Of a DNA stretch of 64,000 bases, positions 12,821-33,500 are shown in pieces (position 1 is the first letter of the stretch; each line of letters opens with the position of its first letter). The DNA lies in contig CM035360.1 in the NCBI GenBank assembly GCA_020137815.1, positions 1,798,001-1,862,000 on the forward strand. The letters run 5' to 3'. The stretch comes from Hormiphora californensis (Eukaryota; Animalia; Ctenophora). Made by a program: the position numbers and the translations under genes. The notes beneath the pieces are model-generated. The model ran no database searches, was not told the DNA's origin, and saw nothing but the letters and a program-made list of their open reading frames with translations.

Positions 12821-14485
12821 ATGAAGTTGATTCTCCTGGTGATTTTGTTTGCAAGGCCAGGTATTTGCGATGGTAAGTATTATTATAGAACGAACCAAGT
12901 ACAGATGATCAATACAAACGCTAATCTAAGGGGTAGTTTAATGTTGTTCGATCAAAAGTAATTTTTCACAGATTTTCTGGACACGATCCAGTTCAGTGAC
13001 TGGATGGAGAAGCCAGCCAACCAGAGCACCCAACTGATAGCATGGGTTCAGGACAAGGCCTTCCAAATTGAAACAAACAAAGCAGTTGATAGCGACGGTA
13101 TAAGGTATGATGGTAGGATATCTATCTGAAATACTTTCAGTTTATCATCCTACTGGGAGGATCACATATCCTTAAATACATATTTTCCATCATACTATTA
13201 TTAAAGCAAATAGGGAAATCCTGTGTGACGTTTTTTACCTTATATGGCATTTAGCACGTGCAGGTTTAGAGGTGGACTGTGGAGTACTATTGTAGTGGGG
13301 CCAGGGGTCGGAGCCGTTGCCAATCGCTGTTGCTACTATACTGCACGTGCACGTGCATTTGATCTTGCTTTAGTTTGTGTCACTGTTCCAGCTAATATGC
13401 TCTCTTCAACAACTGTTGATATACGACAGCGACAATTGGAGTTATTCACGCAAGATCTCACTACACCACCATTCTCTACTTTTCCATACACCGAGAGGTT
13501 TAAATGCAGCAACACCAAAAGAAGTGCAGAGAGAACGAACAAGAGGTTAAACAGAACCGATAATCAATCTCAGAGATTAAGGCAGATGAATACTGCAAAC
13601 AGACGAAATAGTAAGTTCTTTTATAACTTTGATCGCCTGATCATCATCTGACGTTCTGAAACCAGAAACTCGCAGCGATCCCGCCTGAGCTCCTTCTACG
13701 GTACAGTAACTTAAGATGAGATAGTGCATGTCATTAGTTAGACAGTAGACTGATGATGTCAGTGTTCCCTAATCCAGCTACCAATACCAGTTCCCCGAAA
13801 TTCGCCCGTAGGGCGAACGGGTTTACTAGTTTATAATAATAACTATAAAGGGTGGTCGAATCGGCCACCCCAAGTAGGATGAGGCTTGAGTAGCCTGACA
13901 CTGTGTTCGTGTTTAGAATAAAAAGAAAGCATTAACAATAATTCAAGATGAGGCTTCACCTCTAACTGCTTGAATTTGTACCCTTTTTAGATGGATGATT
14001 TATACGACCAGGCAGACAGTATGGTTCCTTTTGACCTCTGCGAGAATCCAGTGCCAGTATTGTAACAGTTATACCTTCTCTGGGAGTGAAGAATTTCTAT
14101 CCAGTGCTGGTGTAATCAGTTTTCTGAAAGGTAGGTCTTTCCTATACTCCCTGGAAAATGACTAAGGCGGATCGAAGTCCCGCCGCACAATTCGAAGCAT
14201 GGTATCCACATTCAGCCCGTCCTATACTATAGGGTTTACTTTCCTAGTAGATCCCTCTCCCTGCTTCTCTCATTAATCAATTTATTTCATGTTTTCCAGA
14301 TACCACAACTCTAAGAATCTGGTTTAATGGAACCCTTCAAGTCACCTGGACCTTTACTAACGAGGAGTGTGGTTTGATACCTGAACTGCTGGGGTTCAGA
14401 TTTCAGCGTTATCAAGGGCCTGACGATACGATAACAGACCGTTACAGATATGAGATAGGGAAGACTGGATTTGAAGAGGAAACCG
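12821..14485 (+). CDS. Small secreted protein, paralogue B (terminal exon near 14806 uncertain, MITE-interrupted)
   Basis: Exons 12821-12872 (MKLILLVILFARPGICD), 12972-13104, 13991-14130 and 14300-14485, open and phase-consistent. Confidence 0.8.
13190..13829 (+). mobile_element. Non-autonomous Helitron in intron 2 of paralogue B
   Basis: A|TCatactattattaaag 5' end and ttcgcccgtagggcgaa hairpin followed by CTAG|T at the 3' end. The intron is about 890 nt versus about 100-130 nt in paralogues A and C. Confidence 0.7.
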
Positions 14486-14635
14486 GTATGTATTACTTTG
14501 ATGCTATCAGTTTCATTATTGGGTCGGTAGCACCAAACTCTTTGGGGAAGTGTAACTGTAATTTTCATTAAACCCTGGGTCAGTATAGAATCTCATTCAG
14601 TTTAGTTTCTATTCTGTGATCTTGGCCACAGCTAG

Positions 14636-14753
14636 AACATCTGATTAACATCTGACTAACATCTGATTAACGTCTCATTAACATCCCATTAGTCATTAAC
14701 ATCTCATTAACAGCTCATTAACATCTCATTAACATCTTTAAAATCTCATTAAC
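14636..14753. repeat. 11-bp minisatellite (aacatctcatt)n
   Basis: About ten diverged units. Confidence 0.8.
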
Positions 14754-14842
14754 TCAAAGTAAAATGTACACGTGTACAATATTTTATAAATCCTCTTTAA
14801 CATAGATATATGTCATGTAGTGCTTGTAGGTGGATCATACTA

Positions 14843-15014
14843 CAGTCGGACCCCGATTTAACGGCACCCTCGGGGGAAAGGGTTTTGTCCGTTAAATCGG
14901 GGTGTCCGTTAAATCGGGGTCAAATACTGTTAATTTCCTATATCGGGGGAAGATTATCCTGCCGTTAAATCGGGGTGCCACTAAATCGGGGTCCGTTAAA
15001 TCGGGGTCCGACTG
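14843..15014. mobile_element. Short MITE of the cagtcggaccccgattta family (TA TSD)
   Basis: TA|cagtcggaccccgatttaacgg...ccgttaaatcggggtccgactg|TA, near-identical to 37843-38012. Confidence 0.9.
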
Positions 15015-15415
15015 TAGTATGAAGTACATACTTCATGACAGTATCCACCGATTATAAAGTGGAAACTTTTAACTTCTGTTATCGAGCTCAGAAACTCAGA
15101 ATCACGCTGGACAGCATTGGGAGAGAGATGTGATGTGTTAGAGCTCTGAGATATTTAGAGATACATATATATGCATTAGGCGTGGGTATATGATCTTGTG
15201 GTACAAATTCCACGTTCGGTTTTAAATGATTTAAGCACTAGGTCGTTCTCTATCTATTTTTCTCTCTCTTGCTCTATGTCTCTATTTTCTCTATTTTCTC
15301 CATCTCATTTCACTTTGATAAATTCTAAGCTGGTTTTACCACTTTATCACTTTATCGCTGTGGTCTATGGTTGAGTTTTCAGAACGATGGCGTGTGATTC
15401 TAACACGGGGGATTA

Positions 15416-15635
15416 CGGGGGCTCGAATAGATCGCCCGTATAGATCGCCCGTACCAGTCGCCCGTACATTTGCTTTGCGCATTACGTTTCATCGCACTTT
15501 CACCACAAATAAGGTACATGCGCGTCACACGCATGTGTTTCGTTGTGGTGAAAGTGTGGTGAAACGTAATGCGCAAAGCAAATGTATGGGCGACTGGTAC
15601 GGGCGACTGGTACGGGCGATCTATTCGAGCCCCCG
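15416..15635. mobile_element. Palindromic MITE, TA-flanked
   Basis: cgggggctcgaatagatcgcccgta...tacgggcgatctattcgagcccccg. Confidence 0.85.
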
Positions 15636-16112
15636 TAATCCGCTGCCTAAATCAGCCTGTAAAGTTGAGTCGTCTATAATATTCTCTGTTACAGTGCTGC
15701 TTGTAGTCGTATTACCGTAATGGAAATACAGTAATGAGACGTGCACGTTGCATAACACGCGTCAAAAAGTGCATGTGTTCAGCACGTACTAGCGCCCTGA
15801 TTGGCCGCGGTTGCGCGTCGTCTTACTGTATCTTCGTTTTCCATTACCGTTTTCCCACTACAAGCGACCGTGTTATAGCATTGCATAGAAGGCTACTACA
15901 TGGTGCTTCTAATAGCTGCAGCTATTAGAAGCAACTGTTTATATTTTTACCATCACAAAAATCAGTAATTCGTTCTCGAGGTCAGCTCATGACCTCTCAA
16001 ATGATTATATTGATAGTTTACTAGAAAACGGTCCCAGATCTTGGAATTGTTTTATGTCAGTATTCAGTAATCGCTTAGCTTACGTCGTTAGCGAACGCTT
16101 AAAATAATTTAA

Positions 16113-16209
16113 GAATCAGGAAATACTGGTCCCTGATTGGCCGATAACCAGTCACGTGACCTAAATAGCGAGTTGTGATTGGTTGTTCACTTGTGTCGGT
16201 CGGTTCCTG
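16113..16209 (+). mobile_element. Left-truncated copy of the roughly 110-bp hAT-like MITE
   Basis: Matches about 36993-37089 and is flanked by a roughly 45-bp direct duplication (starting 16057 and 16210). Confidence 0.8.
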
Positions 16210-16484
16210 GTCATTATTCAGTAATCGCTTAGCATACGTCGTTAGTAAACGCTTCTATAGGATGCTAACCAGCGTCACATAGTCCTCGTGTCGTATGATT
16301 GTCATTTGTCATCCAGTGTGAAGAGTAAAAATAGAGAGAGAAAGAGAGAAAAAAACAGTTCATGAAAGAAGTGGGCAAGAAAATCATTTACCCCTTAGTC
16401 TACCTCCCCTTGCTTTAAAAAGATATTGTCTTGTTGATTCAGTCATGCTAATAGTTTAAATGTGATACAGCTATAACTGCAGTT

Positions 16485-17696
16485 ATGAAGTTGATTCTCC
16501 TGGTGCTTTTGTTTGCAAGGCCAGGTATTTGCGATGGTAAGTGTTATATTATAGAACAAACCAAATATTGCAGATATAATTATATAAGATGATCAAATAC
16601 GAATAAATATATTATTTATGATCATATTTTAATTCTTTAAAATGTCTAAGTTCGATTTAAAATTCCTTTTCACAGATTTTCTGGCCACGATCCAGTTCAG
16701 TGAGTGGATGGAGAAGCCAGTCGACCAGAGCACCCAACTGACAGCATGGGTTCAGGACAAGGTGTTTCAAATTGAAACAAACAAAGCAGTTGATAGCAAC
16801 GGTATAAGGTACGATTTTTATAGTTAAATATTTGAAATAATTTCAGTTAATTTAACCTCTAACCAAAACAAACTGACATAGTTTGAATTTGAACCCTTTT
16901 CAGATGGGTGATTTATACCGTAACGACTAGTCATTGGTTTGCTTTTACCTCGGCGGTTATCAACTGCCAGTATTGTAACGGTTATTCCTTCTCTGGGAGT
17001 GAAGAATTTCTATCCAGTGCTGGTGTAATCAGTTTCCTAAAAGGTCGGTCTTTCCTAGTAGATCCCTCTCCCTGCTTTTACTAGCTAACTTATTTTCATG
17101 TTTTTCCAGATGCCACAACTCTAAGAATCTGGTTTAATGGAGTCCTGCAAGTTACCTGGACCTTTACTTCAAATGGCAATGGGGAGTGTATATTGCTATC
17201 AGAACTGCTGGGGTTCAGATTTCGAAGTAATTCAGGGGGCAACGATACGATAACAGACCGTTACAGATATGAGATATACGGTAAGTAGCAGTATATTTCA
17301 CTTTAGTTACTTTAGGTTGATTGAAGCTGTAGAAGATCATATTCCTCCGCTGCAATTTAGGATCATTGCCTCGTGCAATCACCATTTCTATTTTTTATTT
17401 CTTGTCTAGTTCGATCTTATCCTTCCGTTCTTGGATATTTTATTATTTTATTGGTATCGCAATCAAAAGTTTTGCAAACTTTCCTCATTAAATCCATATC
17501 TCTTTAGCTCAAATGTTCTTATTCTGGGTCTGTTTTCGGCAAAAATATTTTTGCCATAAAATGAAAAATTAATGCAACTTTTTTATAAGTCTTTAACATA
17601 GATATTAACAGACATGCTTGTCAAATGTCAGGCACTGAATGTAAAATCACGCACACAGTTCAGGTGCGGAGAGGACAGTTTTATTATATGCCATAG
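16485..17696 (+). CDS. Small secreted protein, paralogue C
   Basis: Exons 16485-16536, 16676-16808, 16904-17043, 17110-17280 and a tentative last exon 17602-17696. Confidence 0.8.
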
Positions 17697-18695
17697 CAAC
17701 TGTTGTTCTTGTTTTATGAGAAGATACATACAGCATTCAGTATTTTTTTGTTCGATAGAATTTCGTTGATGGAATTAAAATGGGGTCTAGCATTTTACAG
17801 AGGAGCTCTTAGCCGTAGGTCTTTGATGTTGTCACGACGGAAAATTGAGTAACCTCTACTCCCCAGTCTAGGCTTTAGCAAATCAAATTGTCAGCCTTCC
17901 TGCATAGTGCATACAGCATATTTCAAGCCCAAATCGTTCCAAATCAATGAATTCCAGATTACACGATTTGAAGTCTAGGTATTGGGCATAGCGTAGCCGG
18001 TAACCAACCAAACACCTCCAGGTTGAAGCTGGGGGCGAAAGCATCTGATCAGCTTGGGAAAAGTAATTTTGATCTTAGAGCGTTTCTCCTTGGTATTCTG
18101 AACTATCCTAGACCTTATCTTTACCGCTACCTCCTCAAGTCTCAAACCATGCCATTCACCGTTCGTGAGGAGCTGCCACAGCCCACAACTCAGCCAAATG
18201 TTTGCTTTTTTGTGTCCTTCTTAAAATTTTTCTTCAGTGCGAAATTTATTTTTTTATTTGTCAGTGCGCGGCTTTAAAGATTTTATACATCGCGCGGCTC
18301 AAACTGCAGTGCAACAGCGAATAACTTGTGCCTGCTTATTTTACTGGGATTCACTTCCAATTTAAAAAAGAATTTGATATGGCATGAACGTTAACAGTTG
18401 GAGTATTACACAACATAAGTCATAAAATTGGTTGATTAATCATGACACTATGAGGAACCCGCATGGTGGCGCCTACCCGATCTGAGCACACGGGCGCCGC
18501 CAGACAGTGTGGGCCGTGGGGCAGTGTCTTTAACATTTGTTTACCGTCTTTTCTCCTTCAAACTCATCTCTATCTCTCGCATCATCTTTCACTCAGCCCC
18601 ATCTCTCACTTCGTCCAATTAACTTGCTCAACATTTAAAAACCTGTCTCTCTCTCTCATATAACAGTACTTTTCAGATATTTTATGAAAAAAAGT

Positions 18696-27337
<8,642 letters not shown>

Positions 27338-27541
27338 TCACCACTGACAGAGAGAGAACGTTAGTTAGAACGTTATTGGGGTAATAGGGATATAAAACAC
27401 ATTCGAAATGGAGAGAAAGAAAACACGAGTGATTAAAAAGTTGTTTAAAAGATTTCAAACATCAAAAAAACAAAAATAAACGTCGAACCGAAATCGATTC
27501 ATTTTCATGACACATATTTGATTTGCTTGTAACTTCACACC

Positions 27542-28852
27542 CTACTGACTATTAATTCCTTCATTAGTTGAATAATAAAACTGTTCAACCTCAACTAACA
27601 GAGGGTGAGATTTACTAAGTGAGAGAGATAAACACTTGAGAGACATATCAAACAATTGTAACGCCCTGTTATAATTATCCAGATACTCAGCTTTGTCAGC
27701 AAACTTTTGATTCAGCTGTAACTTCCCCAGTTTAGCTAGGAACAGTCCTGTGGAGGGGTAACTTTGTGCCCAATCCATCAACCCTACAGTTGCCTTGAGT
27801 CCCGTCCGAAGTGCCGCCTCCCACCGCTCCTCTATAATCAATGCATCTGTTTCCGCCATCAGATGAGCCATAATCTCAATATCTTGCTGAGCCCGGGTGG
27901 TTATGGCAGAGTTGAATGTGGCAATGTTTTTCAACATCACATCGTTTATTTTTGTCACACTTTTGAGCAGTGAGCTCTGGCAGGATGGACATTGCAGATC
28001 ATTGTTTGGGATGTCAATGGCAGGGTTTGAGTGTTCTTTACAAGACGGGCACTCTCTCAGCAGTTGAGTGTCCCGACCCTTTTTACGCTGATCAGTACAC
28101 AACCCGCACGTGCATTCAAAGTTGTACTGCGAGAAAAGTTGCTGATGTCGTGAGAGGAATGGTTTGGGTAGGGAGATGTAGGAGATTGTTATCTGTTCAC
28201 CTGCTGGGATCTCCCTAATCGCAGTCACGTACGCAGTCCGGCCTCTGAATGACAGGACACAGTTCGGATCACAGGAGTGATTTAGCTTAGTTAGTTCGGG
28301 AATTAGCGCTGAACCGATTTCATTAAACTGTGTATCTTCCAATGTGAACAAGTTCACTACCAGTTTGATATACAGTGAATAAACCTTCTCTGGTGCAGCT
28401 GTAGCACACATCTCCCTCACTCCTCTCAACAAAAAAGGGTAATACTGGCATATCTTTTCATTTTCCACGGATTCGTGTTTCATCATACCATCCACTTTGT
28501 AAGTGGACCTCATTTCTGAGGAGGAAACGAGGAGGGCACAAAATCTGATTAAAGGAGGCACAAAATGGGAAGCATTGATCGAACTGAGCAGATCACACTC
28601 TGCCTTGTGGACCTTCCAGTTGTCTCTCTGGCACCCTTCTGAGCAGTAACGAAGGTGTTTACACCGGGAACACCGTTTCAGCGAGGAACATGGCTGGAAA
28701 CAATGGTTACACAGTTCTCGGTGACTCTTCTCGTTCAGGCAGGTGATCATTTGTGAGGTTTTGAAGAGGTTTGTCCGGGGTTTCAGGGTGCTTTTCGCGA
28801 AGAGGCCACTCCCCGTTTTGTCATCGATGTATTTAGAGCAGAATAAAACCAT
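27542..28852 (-). CDS. SMYD-family (SET-MYND) lysine methyltransferase, intronless
   Basis: Split SET (GSGLFA...LNHSCDPNC...EQITISY), MYND (CNHC..CSRC..YCSEGCQRDNWKVHKAEC), post-SET FECTCGLC and a helical C-terminal domain; first ATG at 28852. Confidence 0.93.
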   Translation of the reverse strand: MVLFCSKYIDDKTGSGLFAKSTLKPRTNLFKTSQMITCLNEKSHRELCNHCFQPCSSLKRCSRCKHLRYCSEGCQRDNWKVHKAECDLLSSINASHFVPPLIRFCALLVSSSEMRSTYKVDGMMKHESVENEKICQYYPFLLRGVREMCATAAPEKVYSLYIKLVVNLFTLEDTQFNEIGSALIPELTKLNHSCDPNCVLSFRGRTAYVTAIREIPAGEQITISYISLPKPFLSRHQQLFSQYNFECTCGLCTDQRKKGRDTQLLRECPSCKEHSNPAIDIPNNDLQCPSCQSSLLKSVTKINDVMLKNIATFNSAITTRAQQDIEIMAHLMAETDALIIEERWEAALRTGLKATVGLMDWAQSYPSTGLFLAKLGKLQLNQKFADKAEYLDNYNRALQLFDMSLKCLSLSLSKSHPLLVEVEQFYYSTNEGINSQ

Positions 28853-29115
28853 GTCTAGTGAAAAATAATTGGTCAATAATCACTGCACTATCAAAAAGGG
28901 AAGATTGGCAAATGGCGAGAGCTCTTCCGCAAAAAAAAACGAAGCCGTGGTCCACGGCTGCGTGGATCTGAAAAACAAAACTGGAAAACAGATTTAAGAT
29001 CGACCCAAATTTCCTGAGCTGAGGAAATGGGAATTGTGTGTGTGAAAGCCGGGGTTGCCGGTCCAATTAAAACGGAATAAAAATCAAGGTAATCAGTACA
29101 TATAAGATTAATAAA

Positions 29116-30250
29116 TTAGATTAGATTAATGTCATTGGTTAAACTACAAAACCGAGTCCATTTATTCCCCCTGAACCCCCTGATGGAAATGAGTACAGTT
29201 TTTAGGAGTGAGAAAGAAAGTCGTAGTCTGATATAGCGCACGCTATCATTATAGGTATGCCCGGTTTTGTCGGCGAGACGGTTCGCAAGCTTCTTGTAAA
29301 ATACCCCGGCTCTTGGACCCATGACCCCAGTTGTTGAGAAAACCAGTGGAGTGAAAGTTGCTTTCTCCACCTCAACTACTCGTGCATCATAATGAAGTAC
29401 TTTTTCTCGCTCATGTCGCTTGATGGTGTTTTTGAGTGGCTGAGAAATGTTAGTAGGTGCCAGGCTATTGAAGACTCGGATGTCAGTGAATACCATATCG
29501 AGGTCACTCCACACATTCCGGGCAGAAACATCCAAACGGGCACTGTTAACAGTGATAGCAGATTTGAATTGGAATGTTTCACCAGTTATGGGTAGGAGCT
29601 GCGGCTCAATACGGACGTCTTTGCAGCCGGCCTCCACGAGGATGTTAGCTGTGAGGTCTCGGATGTTATTATGCCGTAAATACACGTAACCTCCCACGGC
29701 ACATGAAAGGCAGTGTTCGAGAGTGTTCGATTTTCCACACGCACAAACAGATGGTATGCCCTCAAAGGGTAAGTTGTAGCGTAGTAGCAGGGCATCTCTG
29801 AATTGCTGTTTATTCAGGACAAATCCGTGTTCCACCAAGGGCAGAGCAGTTAACCAGCTAGAGGCCCCTCTAGACGAGATCTCCTCGAATAATCGCTGGT
29901 CAAAGGTTGAAAGTAGTGCCCGGGTTTGTTCTTTTTCGGCATTCTGTGTAGATCGTTTTACTTTCAGGACTGCAGCCTTAGCTCCTTTCGCTTCCCACAG
30001 GAGGAGTTCCGAACGTTCTTCACTGATTAGGAGTTTTTGTTCCAGAATGAGATTTTTAAGAGGCTGGGTCGCCTGAGAAGAGTTTATGAACTCAGCAGCC
30101 GCCTGTTCTGTAGGAATCAAAATTCCGAGCCCACCATCACGTGCAGGGAGAGAGAGAAGAGAGCTCTGATGTTGGGAGGGGTGTTTGGACCTATCAGGGC
30201 AGGGATAAAAGAATCCTTGATACAGGTCTCCAAGGGCTGAGAAAATGCGA
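29116..30250 (-). mobile_element. 5'-truncated RLE-type (CRE-like) non-LTR retrotransposon
   Basis: LPARDGGLGI RT thumb, CxC...HCLSC zinc knuckle, RHNNIRD, RLDVSARNVW..FTDIRV, EREK and FTPLVFSTTG restriction-like endonuclease motifs. Confidence 0.85.
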
Positions 30251-30591
30251 AATTTATTTATTTCGCGCGGCGTAATCGTACGCGCAAAAGAAGAGACGCG
30301 CGCTTTTTTCCAGCAGGTTGCCACATTCTTTCAGGTTCATGTGCATGGCCATGACGATTTTGAACCTTTCAAAATAAAATCAAAACTAAATCGTATCACA
30401 AAAACTAAAATAAAATCAAAAACACAATAATAAGAATGTTATACATACAACGTAACGCCGACTGTACAGATAAAGATAACAAGAAAACAAAAAATATACA
30501 CATATATAACTCTGTGAAGTGTGACTGCTTCAATTTAATAAACAGTTTGCAAAGTTAAAGTTCTAAAATCAGATCGTAAAACGGTAGTTAG

Positions 30592-33500
30592 TTACTCCGA
30601 ACTTGCAGCAAAAGGCCGGAACTTATGAGAAACAAACCGGCCGTCTCTGTAAAGTAGAAGATCGTCAGCGTCACGAGAAAGGAACGCCATTACTTTTCTT
30701 GTCAATTCACCCGGTTTTGTCCCAGGCAGCTGAAAGAAAGATCGAATAACTTGAATCTGCTGTCAGGCAAAGTTAAACTGTTCAATTAACTTTTCATTGT
30801 TTTGTTCAAACCCCGGGGCGCGGGGAGGGAGGGTCGAACAAGGCAAACTTTTCACAGTTTCTGTTCGCTGACATCCCCCAATGAAATGAAATGTCAATAT
30901 CTGGTCAACCCAATCTAAGCGAACTATCGTCTATCTAATGGGGTCAGTACTGAGCGAACTATCTAATGGGGTCAGTACTGACAGACAATGAACATACGAT
31001 AAGTGAGAGGTAGAGCGTGGACCGTTCCATCCTGCTATTAAATCTCCCTCTCCGAACGAAACGGGCAAAGAATCCTGCGTAGTCGTCCCTGTTCCACTCA
31101 TCCCACATATCAGGTAGGGACATTCTTGTACACCAGTAGGTTACCTGGGGGGTGAAGTAGAGTTGGGGATAGTGGAGAGTTGTGGATTAGATAGTGGGGA
31201 ATTACGGGGTACATATATCAAACTGTAAACTTTAACCACAAACTAACAACTGACTAACAACTGACTAGTAAAAAATAAAATCTAAAATAAAAACTAAAAG
31301 AAAATATTCAAACAGTGATTAGACATACTACCTGGGCCTGAGCGAAGATTCCAACTTTAGGCTCTTCTGGAGCGGGGCTAAACATTCCTCCTCCTGCTTT
31401 TTCTCCCCTGCCATTGTCGGTCACAAGAAGTATTCTCCTATCATACTCCCTCTCTCCATCACTTGAGAACACCACTGCCAGCGAGTCATCTGCATCAACG
31501 TAGGCACCCGCCATACGAGGAGCAACTAATGGGATATAAAACATGGTGAGATGAACCAATTCGGGGATGGAGATGAGGGGAGGGAGCTGTCTAGTGTCTG
31601 GCGACACCAGATCCCGTTTTGATTCTCAAAACCACAAAACGGGTCGGTGCCGCTAAACACTAGATTATAGACAAGCAAAGCAAAGACAGGGAGGGAAGGA
31701 GGGAGAAAGATAATATCAGAGAATGAGATCATTACCTATTGTGTCACCATGATGTACCCCGGATGGATCCTCCATTCTCCCCTGAATATGATCAGCAACA
31801 GCATCCAGTGAGAAGAACAGGGCCTCTTCGTACAGAGCGGGTAGGCTGTGTCCATTACTTTCAAACCGGCGAGTTCGTAGGAAGCGGAGAATCACCTCAA
31901 AATAATCTGGATCTCCTGAAGAAGGGTAAAGAGTGTGTGTTACACAACCAAGTGAAGGGAAATCAAATCCTCCACAAACAAAGGGAAACAATTTTTTGCA
32001 TTTTTTACTGTCGATGAAGATGGCCCCATTTTGGTCGAGTGTGGGGGAGAAAACCCTACTTCCCTCTCCCAACAATCCAGTAAAGAAGTTTTCACAACCG
32101 TCGAACCTGAGTGTAGCTGGTGTCGTCTCAAATAATCGCTGAAATGGGATAATAAGGGTAAAGAATTGCGTGTCTCAGTCTAGAGGTTTGGTGGATCCCT
32201 ATTCGCGATCGAGGGGGCGGGGGCGGGATACTGTTTGTTGTAGATTAGTGTTATCTGGCCGGTTATATTTTCTATCGAGTTCTTTATCCAATATCCATGT
32301 AGATATGATAGCAACTCCCAAATTTAGTCTGCTTTCTACACGAGCCAATACAGTGTACAGTCCCGTAGCTACGCCCTCTCTATCTGCCCCCCCCCCCCTT
32401 CTCTCTCTCTATCCACCTCTCTCTCTCTCTCTCTCTCTCAGTCCTATGTGAGCACAGCAGACAAGATCCCCAACAGATTTTTTACAGTGTGTGTTTGTCT
32501 TGCATGATACTCATGGTGTAGACACCCATATTTTAGTTTCCAAAACCTGTATAATTTACCGAATTCCATGATTAACAAGCCTTGTGTAGACCTATAATTA
32601 GCTTTTCCTAGTGGGGTTACACTGTGTATATACTCCAAGGGCCCCATTTCACTATATCTTGTTGTAGACTACACTTGTGTGTTTCATGGCCTGTTACCGA
32701 TAGAACCACACTTCATATATGGGGGTAAGTAAAGTTATAGGGTTCTTAGAGCGTTCAAAGAAGGGACTCTCGCTTCCACCGGGGATGAATCCCAGTCTGC
32801 TCCTGGAATTATGCTGAGTCTTGTTTCGTTCAAACCTTTTTCGGGGCGCAGTGAAACAGGATCGAGCAAGGAAAGCTGAGTCCTGGAATCTAGATTGTCT
32901 ACCTTCCTTCCCTCTCTCTCTCCTTACATCCCTCCACTTCACAGGGTTTGTTGTCAAAGATTTGCCCGTGTATATTTGCGGAAGGGGTTGGTATAATTGG
33001 ACGGCCCATCCGCCTTGCCAAGGAGACCTACGCTGTCCCGGGGCAGTCCGTTGAGATTGTGGCCCAGTGCAAGTATGACGTCACAGAGGACCAGGTTGAG
33101 TGGAGCAGGGTGGTCATCGCTAAGGGCAAGGAGAAGGAGGAGAAGATATCGGGGAAGGACGTCAAGAAGAAACTGGGTGAGTTGTAGTTTCGAATTTGTT
33201 GCATGAGACCAGTTTCTCTCGGGCTAATATATCGGGATCGAGATTGTTTAATTTATTGGCTCCTGCTACAAGCTGAAAAAAATACTTGCCTTGTTCGACC
33301 CTCCCTCCCCGCGCCCCGGGTTTGAACAAAACAAAAAAATACGTTGCTATGGCTACTCTAACAGAAATTATCCCCCCTAACAGGTAAGGTAACTATAGAG
33401 GAGGGCAACAAAATCACCCTAACACTGTCCAAATTTGGTAAAAACGACGGTGGAAAGTACACAATATCCATCACAAAGGAGGAGGGAGCAGACCCTGATA

